Assembly (NCBI GenBank): GCA_045641045.1
Contig: JAZUGE010000057.1
Span: 4,259 to 68,258, forward strand
Direction: 5' to 3'
DNA: 64,000 nt
Origin: Treponema sp.
Lineage (GTDB): Bacteria; Spirochaetota; Spirochaetia; Treponematales; Treponemataceae
The first letter of the stretch is position 1; each line of letters opens with the position of its first letter. The translations under genes and the position numbers were made by a program. Shown here piece after piece: positions 45,785 to 54,790 of this stretch. The notes under the pieces were generated by a model. The model made no database searches and was not told where the DNA came from. It saw only the letters and a program-made list of their open reading frames with translations.

Positions 45785-47062
45785 ATGATAGATGTTTACA
45801 TTTTTGATTGTGATGGAGTAATTATTGATTCAGGAACTGATATTGCAGATGGAGTTAATGCTGCTTTACGAAATTTTGGGTACTGGACATTACCTCAGGC
45901 AGATATAATCTCCTTTGTAGGAGATGGAGCCAAGATGCTTATTTTAAGAGCTTTAATGGCTTCAACAAAAAATCATTTTAATCAGGATAATGTACAAGAG
46001 CTTGAAAAAGTATATAGCTGGTATCTTGATTACTATCATAGTCATGCAGTAATTAAAACAACCCTTTACGCCGGTATAAAAGAATTACTGAAAGTTCTTA
46101 AACAAAAAAACAAAAAAATAGGCATGCTAACAAACAAACCTGGTAATATAGCCCGTAAAATACTACATCAATTAGATGTCGAACAATTTTTTGATGTAAT
46201 AACTGGACCAGAAGACATTTTCAATAAAAAACCTGATCCAGAAGGACTGAGTTTCACTGTGACAAAAATAAATGAACTATACGGAACTAACTATACAAAC
46301 CAAAATGTCATTATGATTGGAGACAGTAAAGTTGATATCCAGGCCGGAAAAGCGTATGGTTGTAAGACTTGTGCCTGTCGTGGAGGCCTTGGCAATACAC
46401 AGGAATTATTAGCTCAAAACGCAGATTTATGCTTTAGTGTAGCAAGTGAAATTGAAAAATTTATTGACATACTGTCCATGAACCCTGATGAGTATACATG
46501 GATGCAAAAGTTTGCAATGAAAAATGAAGTTCCTATAATGATTGACGAAGGCTCTGACTTTATATGCGACTACATTATCAAAAACAACATAAAGACCATC
46601 TTAGAAATCGGAAGTGCAATTGGTTATTCATCAATTAAATTTGCAAAATTAAATGATGAAATAAAAGTCACAACAATTGAGATTGATAAAGATCGTTATA
46701 CAGCCGCCTGTAAAAATATTCAGGACAATGATCTTACAAACCGTATTACAATTTATCACGGAGATGCTTTAACATATCCAATCGAAGGTAAATATGATTT
46801 AATTTTCATTGATGCTGCAAAAGCTCAATATATAAAGTTCTTTGAACGGTATAAAGAAAACCTCACCCAAGATGGAGTAATAATAAGTGATAACCTGTCT
46901 TTCCACGGAATGGTTGAAGATTTAAGTCTTACACATAATTACAGCACAATTAAGCTTGTAAAAAAAATTCGCAAATACATAGACTTTTTAAAAACAAATA
47001 GTGAGTTTGACACTACATTTTACAAAGTTGGAGATGGGGTCTCAATCAGTAAAAAGGTATGA
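45785..47062 (+). CDS. Fusion of HAD phosphatase (Gph-like) and O-methyltransferase (TrmR/YrrM-like)
   Basis: FDCDG, LTNK, KPDPE, IGDS..D (HAD); NEVPIM...LEIGSAIGYS...FIDAAKAQY...SDNL (class I O-MTase). Alternative start at 45764. Confidence 0.8.
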   Translation: MIDVYIFDCDGVIIDSGTDIADGVNAALRNFGYWTLPQADIISFVGDGAKMLILRALMASTKNHFNQDNVQELEKVYSWYLDYYHSHAVIKTTLYAGIKELLKVLKQKNKKIGMLTNKPGNIARKILHQLDVEQFFDVITGPEDIFNKKPDPEGLSFTVTKINELYGTNYTNQNVIMIGDSKVDIQAGKAYGCKTCACRGGLGNTQELLAQNADLCFSVASEIEKFIDILSMNPDEYTWMQKFAMKNEVPIMIDEGSDFICDYIIKNNIKTILEIGSAIGYSSIKFAKLNDEIKVTTIEIDKDRYTAACKNIQDNDLTNRITIYHGDALTYPIEGKYDLIFIDAAKAQYIKFFERYKENLTQDGVIISDNLSFHGMVEDLSLTHNYSTIKLVKKIRKYIDFLKTNSEFDTTFYKVGDGVSISKKV

Positions 47063-47075
47063 CAATAAACAGCCA

Positions 47076-47104
47076 TTGATACAGAAGTTAAATTGCAATA
47101 AAAT
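47076..47104 (+). promoter_or_regulatory. Sigma70-type promoter of proS, near-leaderless
   Basis: TTGATA-N17-TAAAAT-N8-ATG; no SD. Confidence 0.6.
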
Positions 47105-47112
47105 ATGTAATT

Positions 47113-48936
47113 ATGAAAACTTCTCAATCATATATTTCCACACTACGTGACGCACCTGCAGAAGCAGTAATTACAAGTCACAAGCTTATGATTCGTGCGG
47201 GATTAATCCGCAAATTAGGAAACGGACTTTATACATACCTTCCATTGGGTTTCCGTTCCCTTATGAAACTTGAAACAATTATCCGTCAGGAATTAGATGC
47301 ATCTGGCGCACTTGAATTTAAACCCACAGTAATAGTTCCAGGAGACATCTGGAAAGAGTCTGGACGTTGGGAAACAATGGGACCTCAGATGTTAAAGGCT
47401 AAAAATCGTGGAGAACAAGATATGGTTGTCTCTCCAACTGCAGAAGAAGCATACACAGCCATTGTTCGAGATGCATTAACATCATATAAGCAGCTTCCTG
47501 TTAACTTTTATCAGATTAATACAAAATATAGAGACGAAATCAGACCTCGCTACGGAGTTATGCGTGGTCGTGAGTTTATCATGATGGACGGCTATACAAT
47601 GAACGCTGATGATGAGTCTCTAGATCAGTCATATCAGGCCTATGCAAAGGCATACCACCGTATTTTCAAGCGTCTTGGTCTCAAAATTATCCCAGTTAAG
47701 GCTGACTCAGGAGCTATGGGTGGTAATGGTTCTGAAGAGTTTATGATTGAAAGTCCTATTGGTGATGACACACTTATTATCTGTCCAGATTGTGGATATG
47801 CTGCAAATGTTGAAAAAGCTCCATGTAAACTTGATGGAACTCCAACTCCAAAAACAGAAACAGCAATTGAAGATATTGCAACTCCAAACGTTTTCTCAAT
47901 TGAAGATATGGAAAAATTCTTCAATATGAAATCTACAAATTTTGTAAAAGCTCTGGTTTACAAAGCTGAAAATGTAGGATTAGATCTCTCAAAAGCTCCA
48001 CACTGTGAAAACCTCAAGCTTGTAAAAGATCCAAGTGGTAATTATTATCCTACTGCATATTTTGTTGTTCTAATTCGTGGAGACCTTGATGTTAACGAAG
48101 CTAAACTTGCAGCAACACTTAAAGCAAGTTCTGTTGAACTTGCCAGTGATGAAGAAGTAGTTCAGATTGCAGGAGCCGGACATGGTTTTGTAGGACCTGT
48201 AACAAGCAAAGCACCTTTAATTGTTGACTACTCTGTAATTTCATCTGCTGAAGATGGAACATATGTAGCACAGATGCACGATGCTATTGCAGGTGCTGGT
48301 AAAGATGGTTTCCATATTAAGCATGTTGAACCTCTCCGTGACTTTACACCTTATATAAATGCTGATGTTCGTACTGTAAAACCAGGTGATAAATGTGCCT
48401 GCTGTGGCGGTACATATTATCAGAAGAAGGGTAACGAACTTGGACATATTTTTAAGCTCGGACAAAAATACACAAAGAGCATGCATGTTTCTTTCTTAGA
48501 CGTAAACGGAAAGTCTCAGACCCCAACAATGGGATGTTATGGTATTGGTGTAGACCGAACACTTGCAAGCATCATAGAAACTCACAGTGATGAAAAAGGT
48601 ATAATATGGCCAATGAGTGTTGCTCCTTACCAAGTTTGTATTGTTCCTATTAAGTATGAAGGCTCAATGAAAGACGTTGCTGATAAGCTTTATGATGAAC
48701 TCACAAAAGCTGGTATTGAAGTACTTCTTGATGACCGCAACGAACGTCCAGGTGTTAAGTTCAATGATATGGAACTTATTGGTATACCTTTACGCATTAC
48801 TGTTGGCGAAAAAAGTTTACCAAATGTTGAGTTTAAGCCACGTTCAGCTTCTGAAGCTCAGTTAGTACCTTCTGAACAGGCTGCTGCAAAAGCAGTAGAA
48901 TTTGTTAATGCAGCTCTTGCAGAACTTAACGCATAA
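47113..48936 (+). CDS. proS: Proline--tRNA ligase (bacterial type with editing insertion)
   Basis: PTAEE, YQINTKYRDEIRPRYGVMRGREF, ELGHIFKLGQKY, MGCYGIGVDR, anticodon domain LDDRNERPGVKF. Confidence 0.97.
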   Translation: MKTSQSYISTLRDAPAEAVITSHKLMIRAGLIRKLGNGLYTYLPLGFRSLMKLETIIRQELDASGALEFKPTVIVPGDIWKESGRWETMGPQMLKAKNRGEQDMVVSPTAEEAYTAIVRDALTSYKQLPVNFYQINTKYRDEIRPRYGVMRGREFIMMDGYTMNADDESLDQSYQAYAKAYHRIFKRLGLKIIPVKADSGAMGGNGSEEFMIESPIGDDTLIICPDCGYAANVEKAPCKLDGTPTPKTETAIEDIATPNVFSIEDMEKFFNMKSTNFVKALVYKAENVGLDLSKAPHCENLKLVKDPSGNYYPTAYFVVLIRGDLDVNEAKLAATLKASSVELASDEEVVQIAGAGHGFVGPVTSKAPLIVDYSVISSAEDGTYVAQMHDAIAGAGKDGFHIKHVEPLRDFTPYINADVRTVKPGDKCACCGGTYYQKKGNELGHIFKLGQKYTKSMHVSFLDVNGKSQTPTMGCYGIGVDRTLASIIETHSDEKGIIWPMSVAPYQVCIVPIKYEGSMKDVADKLYDELTKAGIEVLLDDRNERPGVKFNDMELIGIPLRITVGEKSLPNVEFKPRSASEAQLVPSEQAAAKAVEFVNAALAELNA

Positions 48937-48965
48937 CATAAAATAAAAATACAGGAGAGAACCCC

Positions 48966-50051
48966 ATGAAAATACGTAGTTTATTAGTTGCAATAATTAT
49001 CATTTGTGGGGCTCTTGTCTGTAATATTTATGCCCTGCCCGGATTTACACCTTTTATTAAAGATTTATCCGGGCAGTATGTATACTATAAAGACAATACA
49101 TTTAATAGAGATTCCTACATTGGTATCATCACATATGATGATGCTACATATGGATTACGATACTACGCACCTGCAAATTTAGATAAAACTCCTGTAGCAA
49201 AGTCAAAAGATATACAGCTCTTATTTACACTGGATATTACTAAACAATATATTGAGCTAACTGGAGAACGAATAATCGGTAATATCGAATCAGATGATAC
49301 AGAGATAATAAACTACCTTCATGATATTTTTTATGAATTTGCTGCACGAAGAAAAAAAGCAGGACAAATTACTACTGTTTCAACAATAAAAGAAGATTAT
49401 GCCCAGTTTGGTGGCGAAGTAAATATCAAGTTTAACCCTTTGATACCTCTATTTAATATTGAACAAATTACAATCCCAGATGGAACAGAACAACTGAAAC
49501 TGATTACCACAGGACAACTTATTTCATCCCAAGACGAAAGTTTTAATGCATTTAAAGAGCTTCCTGTAAAAATAACCGATTCGGTTCATGTATTTAAAAA
49601 CGACAAAAAAGCTAAAGCCACAAAGTATTCTGTTTCAAATAAAAGTATAGCAACACAAAAGATTACACTTGATGCACAGTGGACTCAATCAGCAGAAAAT
49701 TTGTGGACACTAGGTAAAAATGCAATACTAATAGTTGATATTATACCTTCTGAACAAGCAAACAGTGATTTTTTTGAGCTTTTACAACGAAAGATGTGTT
49801 TAGGTACAGATGCATCATATCCAATATGGGATATGCAGACATACATACTTGAAAAAAACAGCTCAAATGTTGAAATCAGTAATGTATATTACAATCCTTT
49901 GTCAGAAAGTTTTACAAAAGATTTCAAATATATTTCCAAGTTGAGTGATGGGTCTATTGCTTTCTTATCATTAACAGTTTTTTATGGACCATATCGCAAC
50001 AATGTTAAATATTTTGAAGACATATTAAAATCATATAAAATAGAAAAATGA
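48966..50051 (+). CDS. Hypothetical exported protein
   Basis: Signal peptide ending in IYA; AGGAG SD. Confidence 0.7.
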   Translation: MKIRSLLVAIIIICGALVCNIYALPGFTPFIKDLSGQYVYYKDNTFNRDSYIGIITYDDATYGLRYYAPANLDKTPVAKSKDIQLLFTLDITKQYIELTGERIIGNIESDDTEIINYLHDIFYEFAARRKKAGQITTVSTIKEDYAQFGGEVNIKFNPLIPLFNIEQITIPDGTEQLKLITTGQLISSQDESFNAFKELPVKITDSVHVFKNDKKAKATKYSVSNKSIATQKITLDAQWTQSAENLWTLGKNAILIVDIIPSEQANSDFFELLQRKMCLGTDASYPIWDMQTYILEKNSSNVEISNVYYNPLSESFTKDFKYISKLSDGSIAFLSLTVFYGPYRNNVKYFEDILKSYKIEK

Positions 50052-50398
50052 AAATCATCATCTTCACTTTACTATTTCTTTTTTCATTTGTGCCTGTGTT
50101 TCCAGAGTCGTCTCTTCAGCAAGATATGTACTTTAAAATAATGGGTGTCAAAGAATTGAGAGATTCACCAGATTTTGGTATCCCCCCTGTTCACAATACA
50201 CTAAACCACGAAAATGGGCTTGAATGTAGAATTTTAACTACTGGAGACAAAGCAAACAGCAGTAATACCTCTGGACAATGGTATTATGTACTTACGACCT
50301 GCGGTATTTGGGTACAATCTGGTGACTGGATTCCAAAATACTCAAAATTTTGGATTTTCATAACAGATGAAGATGTATTATATGATATTGAGATTTAA
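50048..50398 (+). CDS. Hypothetical exported protein, possible SH3b-like domain
   Basis: Signal peptide, ATGA overlap with the upstream gene, ILTTG......GQWYYV pattern. Confidence 0.55.
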   Translation: MKIIIFTLLFLFSFVPVFPESSLQQDMYFKIMGVKELRDSPDFGIPPVHNTLNHENGLECRILTTGDKANSSNTSGQWYYVLTTCGIWVQSGDWIPKYSKFWIFITDEDVLYDIEI

Positions 50399-51276
50399 AA
50401 TGAACTCCTAGATAAAGGAGTTCCTATCCAAACCCCCTCACTACCAAGATATTCCTTTTTTTGACCATCAATCAAAAACTGAACAGTTTTTACCGTGTTA
50501 AACTCTGTTGCAGTGTATACAATCTGCATAAGCTGATTTATCGAACCTTCAACACCTTTTGGATTAAACTCAAATGCATCATTAAAATTTAAATAAGCTA
50601 CACCATCACTAACTCTTGCCCCCAACAGCTTTGTTCCAGGAGGTATAAGAGAAGCAGCTTTTTCACCTTTAATTGGACCGGCCAATAAAAGTTTAATATT
50701 TGTAGTTAACGGTGAATCATTTTTTTCGATACTCCGGGTAATCACTTTTTTAGTTATACTACCATCTTTATCAATAACTACAAAATATAACTTTGCATTC
50801 ATATGAGGTTTTTCTGAAACTACAGGAGTTTTTGAAGTTTGAGATGCAGAGTCTGTCTTATCTGAAGTTTTTGGTTGAGACGCTTTGACATCATCTTTGT
50901 ATATATTTTTATCAACTTCAGCAGAGTTATCACTTTTATTTTCAACAGTAATTTCATCGCTTACAGTAACCTGAATCATTATAGGCTCTTCTTCTTCAAT
51001 TACAAGCTCTTTATTTTCCTCAATGACAGGCTCTAAGGCTTTAGATTGATCAGATTTTACGCTAGTCTCTTTTAAAACATTTTTTTCATCTGTAACCTGA
51101 TGGTTTGCTATAAACTCTGGTGTTACACCAAAAATGCGTTCAAAAAAATGAGTTGTTTTTAAATTTGTATAAATTGTATCCCTTTTTACCAAATAAACTA
51201 TAAATACAAGAATCATACAAAGGACAGATACTGCTAACACTAGACCTGTCGAATTATTTTTACTTTTTTCGCTCAT
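50395..51276 (-). CDS. GerMN-domain membrane-anchored protein
   Basis: TM helix, low-complexity linker, LLAGP....SLIPPGTKLL...GVAYLNF...QIVYTATEF..V..VQFLIDG. Start moved to ATG 51276. Confidence 0.85.
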   Translation of the reverse strand: MSEKSKNNSTGLVLAVSVLCMILVFIVYLVKRDTIYTNLKTTHFFERIFGVTPEFIANHQVTDEKNVLKETSVKSDQSKALEPVIEENKELVIEEEEPIMIQVTVSDEITVENKSDNSAEVDKNIYKDDVKASQPKTSDKTDSASQTSKTPVVSEKPHMNAKLYFVVIDKDGSITKKVITRSIEKNDSPLTTNIKLLLAGPIKGEKAASLIPPGTKLLGARVSDGVAYLNFNDAFEFNPKGVEGSINQLMQIVYTATEFNTVKTVQFLIDGQKKEYLGSEGVWIGTPLSRSSF

Positions 51277-51282
51277 TCTTTT

Positions 51283-51311
51283 AGTATAGAACACTGACAA
51301 CTAAAAGTCCA
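51283..51311 (-). promoter_or_regulatory. Sigma70-type promoter, probably leaderless (GerMN gene)
   Basis: Minus strand TGGACT-N17-TATACT-N6-ATG; no SD. Confidence 0.7.
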
Positions 51312-51444
51312 CTTGCCCTAAAAGACCATATAAAAGAATAATAACGACTTTTTATTTCAAAAAAGTTGTCTTAATTTTCTCTTGTATGTTATAAAGATTA
51401 ATTATAGACTCTTAGCAAGTTACATTTATCCAGGAGGATATATC

Positions 51445-52470
51445 ATGGCTAATAAAGAATTTGATTTGATTACATTTGGTGAAACAATGCTTCGTCTTAA
51501 CCCACCTATTAATGAACGCATTAACAAAAGTGATTCTTTTAAAAAACATGCAGGTGGTGCAGAGTTAAACGTTGCATCAGGTGTATCTCTTCTTGGATTA
51601 AGAACAGGTATAGTAACAAGACTTCCTGATAACGAACTAGGAACATTTATTAAAAACCGTATTCGTTCTTCTAGTGTTTCAGATGATTACATTATTTTTG
51701 ACAAAAGCCCAGATGCTAGAGTTGGTATATACTACTATGAAAACGGTGCATACCCTAGAAAACCTACAGTTGTATACGACCGCAAAAACTCTTCAATCAC
51801 AAAAATAAAAGAAGAAGAAGTTCCATCTGATATATATACAAAGACAGATATGTTCTTTACATCTGGTATTACACTTGCTTTAAGTGAAAACACACGAACC
51901 CTTGCCTTATCAATGATAAAAAAGTTTAAGGAAGGTGGAGCTAAAATTGCGTTTGATGTTAACTACAGAGCAACACTTTGGGATGAAGAAACAGCAAAAG
52001 CAACAATACAAAAAATTCTTCCTTATGTAGATATACTATTTGTTTCCGAAGAAAGTTGTCGCCGTATGTTTGGTAAATCAGGTTCTTTACAGGACATGCA
52101 TCGCGAGTTCTGTAAAGACTTCCCTAACATACAGTTTATAGCTTCTTCACAAAGAGATGTTATCAGTCCTAAGGTTCATTCCTTTACATCAATTATTTAT
52201 GATAAAGTACAGGATAAGTTCTTTACAGAAGATCCATATAAGGATATCGATGTAGTTGACCGTATTGGTAGTGGCGATGCATACTGTGCTGGAGTGCTTT
52301 TTGGTCTTTTAAAGTACAACGATCCATTAAAAGCTGTTGAATTTGGAAATGCAACATGTGCTACAAAAAATACAATTTATGGTGATCTTCCGGTATCTGA
52401 TTTTAAAGAGATATCATCTATTATAAAATCACATCATGCAACTGGCAAACAGAGTGAAATGAATAGATAG
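51445..52470 (+). CDS. kdgK: PfkB-family sugar kinase, probable 2-keto-3-deoxygluconate kinase
   Basis: FGETMLRL, AGGAELNVA, FDVNYRATLW, DRIGSGDAYCAG. Start at ATG 51445 after AGGAGG. Confidence 0.75.
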   Translation: MANKEFDLITFGETMLRLNPPINERINKSDSFKKHAGGAELNVASGVSLLGLRTGIVTRLPDNELGTFIKNRIRSSSVSDDYIIFDKSPDARVGIYYYENGAYPRKPTVVYDRKNSSITKIKEEEVPSDIYTKTDMFFTSGITLALSENTRTLALSMIKKFKEGGAKIAFDVNYRATLWDEETAKATIQKILPYVDILFVSEESCRRMFGKSGSLQDMHREFCKDFPNIQFIASSQRDVISPKVHSFTSIIYDKVQDKFFTEDPYKDIDVVDRIGSGDAYCAGVLFGLLKYNDPLKAVEFGNATCATKNTIYGDLPVSDFKEISSIIKSHHATGKQSEMNR

Positions 52471-52497
52471 TTTTACAAGTCCATATTAAATACCTTT

Positions 52498-52527
52498 AAA
52501 CACCTGCACCACGCAGGTGTTTTTTTT
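52498..52527 (+). terminator. Intrinsic terminator after the kinase gene
   Basis: AAACACCTGC-ACCAC-GCAGGTGTTT plus a T-run. Confidence 0.8.
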
Positions 52528-52659
52528 ATAACACTTATTTTTTGATTTATTTTTATATGAAGTTTAGTATTTATCTATTAGTGTTGTTGACAATTAAGCA
52601 AATACTAATTAATCTTTTACATATCAGTTAACTAGGTAATAAATAACGGAGGATGTATT

Positions 52660-53595
52660 ATGGCACAAAAAATTGCAACGAAAATTACTGATCTGATCGG
52701 TAATACACCTTTATTAGAGCTAACAAATCTTGAAAAAAAACATGGATTAAAAGCAAAACTATTAGCAAAGCTTGAGTATCTTAATCCTGCTGGTAGTGCA
52801 AAGGATCGCATTGCAAAGGCAATGATAGATGACGCCCTTGCAACTGGAAAAATCAATCAAGACTCAATCATCATTGAACCTACGTCAGGAAACACAGGAA
52901 TAGGTCTTGCATCTGTAGCTGCTAGCTATGGATTAAAAGTAATCCTTACAATGCCTGAGACTATGTCTGTTGAACGCAGAAACCTTTTAAAAGCATATGG
53001 TGCAGAAATAGTATTAACAGACGGTTCAAAAGGAATGAAAGGCGCAATTACAAAGGCTGAAGAACTTGCAGCTGCAACTCCAGGCTCATTTATTCCTGGG
53101 CAGTTTATTAATCCTGTTAATCCCAAAGTACATGAACTTACAACCGGACCTGAAATTTGGAGTGATACAGACGGGAATATCGACGCACTGGTAGCAGGAG
53201 TAGGGACAGGTGGTACCCTTTCTGGTGCAGGTAGATTCTTAAAATCTAAAAATCCTGATATAAAATTAATTGCTGTAGAACCAGAAACATCAGCAGTTTT
53301 GTCAAAAGGTATAGCAGGACCACACAAAATTCAGGGAATCGGAGCAGGTTTCATACCACAAACAGCTGATACATCAATTTTTGATGAGATAATAACAGTC
53401 AATAATGAAGTATGTTTTTCAACTGGCAAGGAACTTGGTAGAACAGAAGGTTTTTTAGCTGGCATTTCATCAGGAGCAGCATTATGGGCTGCAATACAAC
53501 TTGCAAAACGAAGTGAGTACGAAGGAAAAACAATTGTTGTTGTCCTTCCTGACTCTGGAGACAGATATCTGTCAACACCTCTTTTCACTGACTAG
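52660..53595 (+). CDS. cysK: Cysteine synthase A
   Basis: IGNTPL, NPAGSAKDR (PLP Lys), EPTSGNTG, GVGTGGT, HKIQGIG, PDSGDRYLST. Confidence 0.96.
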   Translation: MAQKIATKITDLIGNTPLLELTNLEKKHGLKAKLLAKLEYLNPAGSAKDRIAKAMIDDALATGKINQDSIIIEPTSGNTGIGLASVAASYGLKVILTMPETMSVERRNLLKAYGAEIVLTDGSKGMKGAITKAEELAAATPGSFIPGQFINPVNPKVHELTTGPEIWSDTDGNIDALVAGVGTGGTLSGAGRFLKSKNPDIKLIAVEPETSAVLSKGIAGPHKIQGIGAGFIPQTADTSIFDEIITVNNEVCFSTGKELGRTEGFLAGISSGAALWAAIQLAKRSEYEGKTIVVVLPDSGDRYLSTPLFTD

Positions 53596-53719
53596 CTTCC
53601 AATTATAAAGACTGATCAATAATAAATATACTCTTCAAGCAGTTTATAGTAGATCAGTCTTTTTAATTTTGTTTAAACTTAAACTTTTTGATATGTATTA
53701 TTGAAAGAAAAGCACCACC

Positions 53720-54490
53720 TTACTTTCGACACTCATACATAATTATTGCTGCAGCCTGAGCAACATTTAAACTCTCGATTGGCTGCTTAATGTTACTATC
53801 TAAGCTATCTGTAAAAGGAATTATGATTAAATCATCACAATTTTCTTTTACTTCGTTCGAAATACCATGCTCTTCGTTACCCAAAACGATCAACAAAGGC
53901 TTAGACTTCTTCATCGTATGAATAGCACTGATTGGTGTTTTTGCATGCACATCAGTTCCAAGTCTGATCATTTTACCTTCCATTGAAGACAAAAGCTTTG
54001 TAATTGAGCGTATAGAATAGATATTTACGTATTCCATTCCACCTTGTGCAACTCTATATGAACTCGTAGTTATTGAACTTTGAGCTTCATCTAATGGGAT
54101 TACAACATTTTTAAAACCAAAAAATGCAGCACTTCGAACAATTGCACCAAGATTATTTGCATTTCCAACTCGATCAAGTAATAAAGCTGATTCACCATTA
54201 TGGAGCCACTGATCTGTAATATCCACAGTTAACGGCTCAATCTCAGGCTGCTCAATCATAGCAACAATACCCTGATGATGTATACTTCCGCACAGTTTCT
54301 CAAGTTCTGCAGGTTCAACTTTGTTATAAGGAGCTTTGCGTTTTGCAAGTGTACGACACAAATCACCAAGACTCATCATACGATCTTGTGTAAAGTATAA
54401 GCGAGTAATTTTTTCTACATTATTCTTTGCAAGAGCCATAACAGCTTCGTAACCACAAACAGCAAGTTCGTTCTTATATTTGTTTTTCAT
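53720..54490 (-). CDS. TrmH/SpoU-family RNA 2'-O-methyltransferase
   Basis: NNLGAIVRSA, LGNEEHG and ESLNVAQA SPOUT motifs. Confidence 0.9.
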   Translation of the reverse strand: MKNKYKNELAVCGYEAVMALAKNNVEKITRLYFTQDRMMSLGDLCRTLAKRKAPYNKVEPAELEKLCGSIHHQGIVAMIEQPEIEPLTVDITDQWLHNGESALLLDRVGNANNLGAIVRSAAFFGFKNVVIPLDEAQSSITTSSYRVAQGGMEYVNIYSIRSITKLLSSMEGKMIRLGTDVHAKTPISAIHTMKKSKPLLIVLGNEEHGISNEVKENCDDLIIIPFTDSLDSNIKQPIESLNVAQAAAIIMYECRK

Positions 54491-54496
54491 GCATTA

Positions 54497-54525
54497 AATA
54501 TAACGGCAATAATGGTACATGTCCA
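54497..54525 (-). promoter_or_regulatory. Sigma70-type promoter, probably leaderless (TrmH gene)
   Basis: Minus strand TGGACA-N17-TATATT-N6-ATG; no SD. Confidence 0.7.
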
Positions 54526-54556
54526 TACATCATTTAATAACAAAAGGTTATCAAAC

Positions 54557-54704
54557 TGTTTATAACTTGTTAAATTTTGTGGATAACTCTGTGGAAACTG
54601 TGTATAAATATTGTTAAATTCTTCAAAGTTATCCACATTTTCCACACTTTTTAAACATTTTTTTGTGGATAACTTTACAAATTCTGTGGATAACATTATT
54701 AACA
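54557..54704. promoter_or_regulatory. DnaA-box cluster
   Basis: Perfect TTATCCACA or its reverse complement at 54578, 54629, 54664 and 54685. Consensus TTWTNCACA at 54599 and 54638. One-mismatch boxes at 54557, 54590, 54649 and 54696. Confidence 0.9.
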
Positions 54705-54714
54705 CGTTTAAAAT

Positions 54715-54753
54715 AAAAAACGTCCAGTTAAAATAAATTCAACCAGACGTTTT
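54715..54753 (-). terminator. Intrinsic terminator after the ABC solute-binding protein gene
   Basis: Minus strand AAAACGTCTGGTT...AACTGGACGTTTTTT. Confidence 0.7.
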
Positions 54754-54790
54754 CAACAATTAAATTAGGATAAAACTAATCTAAGTTATT

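Noticed and set aside
47063-47112. T-box or attenuator upstream of proS (also checked for pheS and the his genes)
   Set aside because: The proS and pheS spacers are too short, and I saw no T-box consensus or His-rich leader peptide at any of these genes.
54557-54704. Short repeats considered as a CRISPR array
   Set aside because: They are 9-mers in both orientations with irregular spacing, and there are no cas genes.
54487-54705. 72-aa minus-strand ORF
   Set aside because: It lies on the DnaA-box cluster. Its VEN/VDN/YPQ/FPQ peptides are what DnaA boxes translate to, and it has no SD or recognisable domain.
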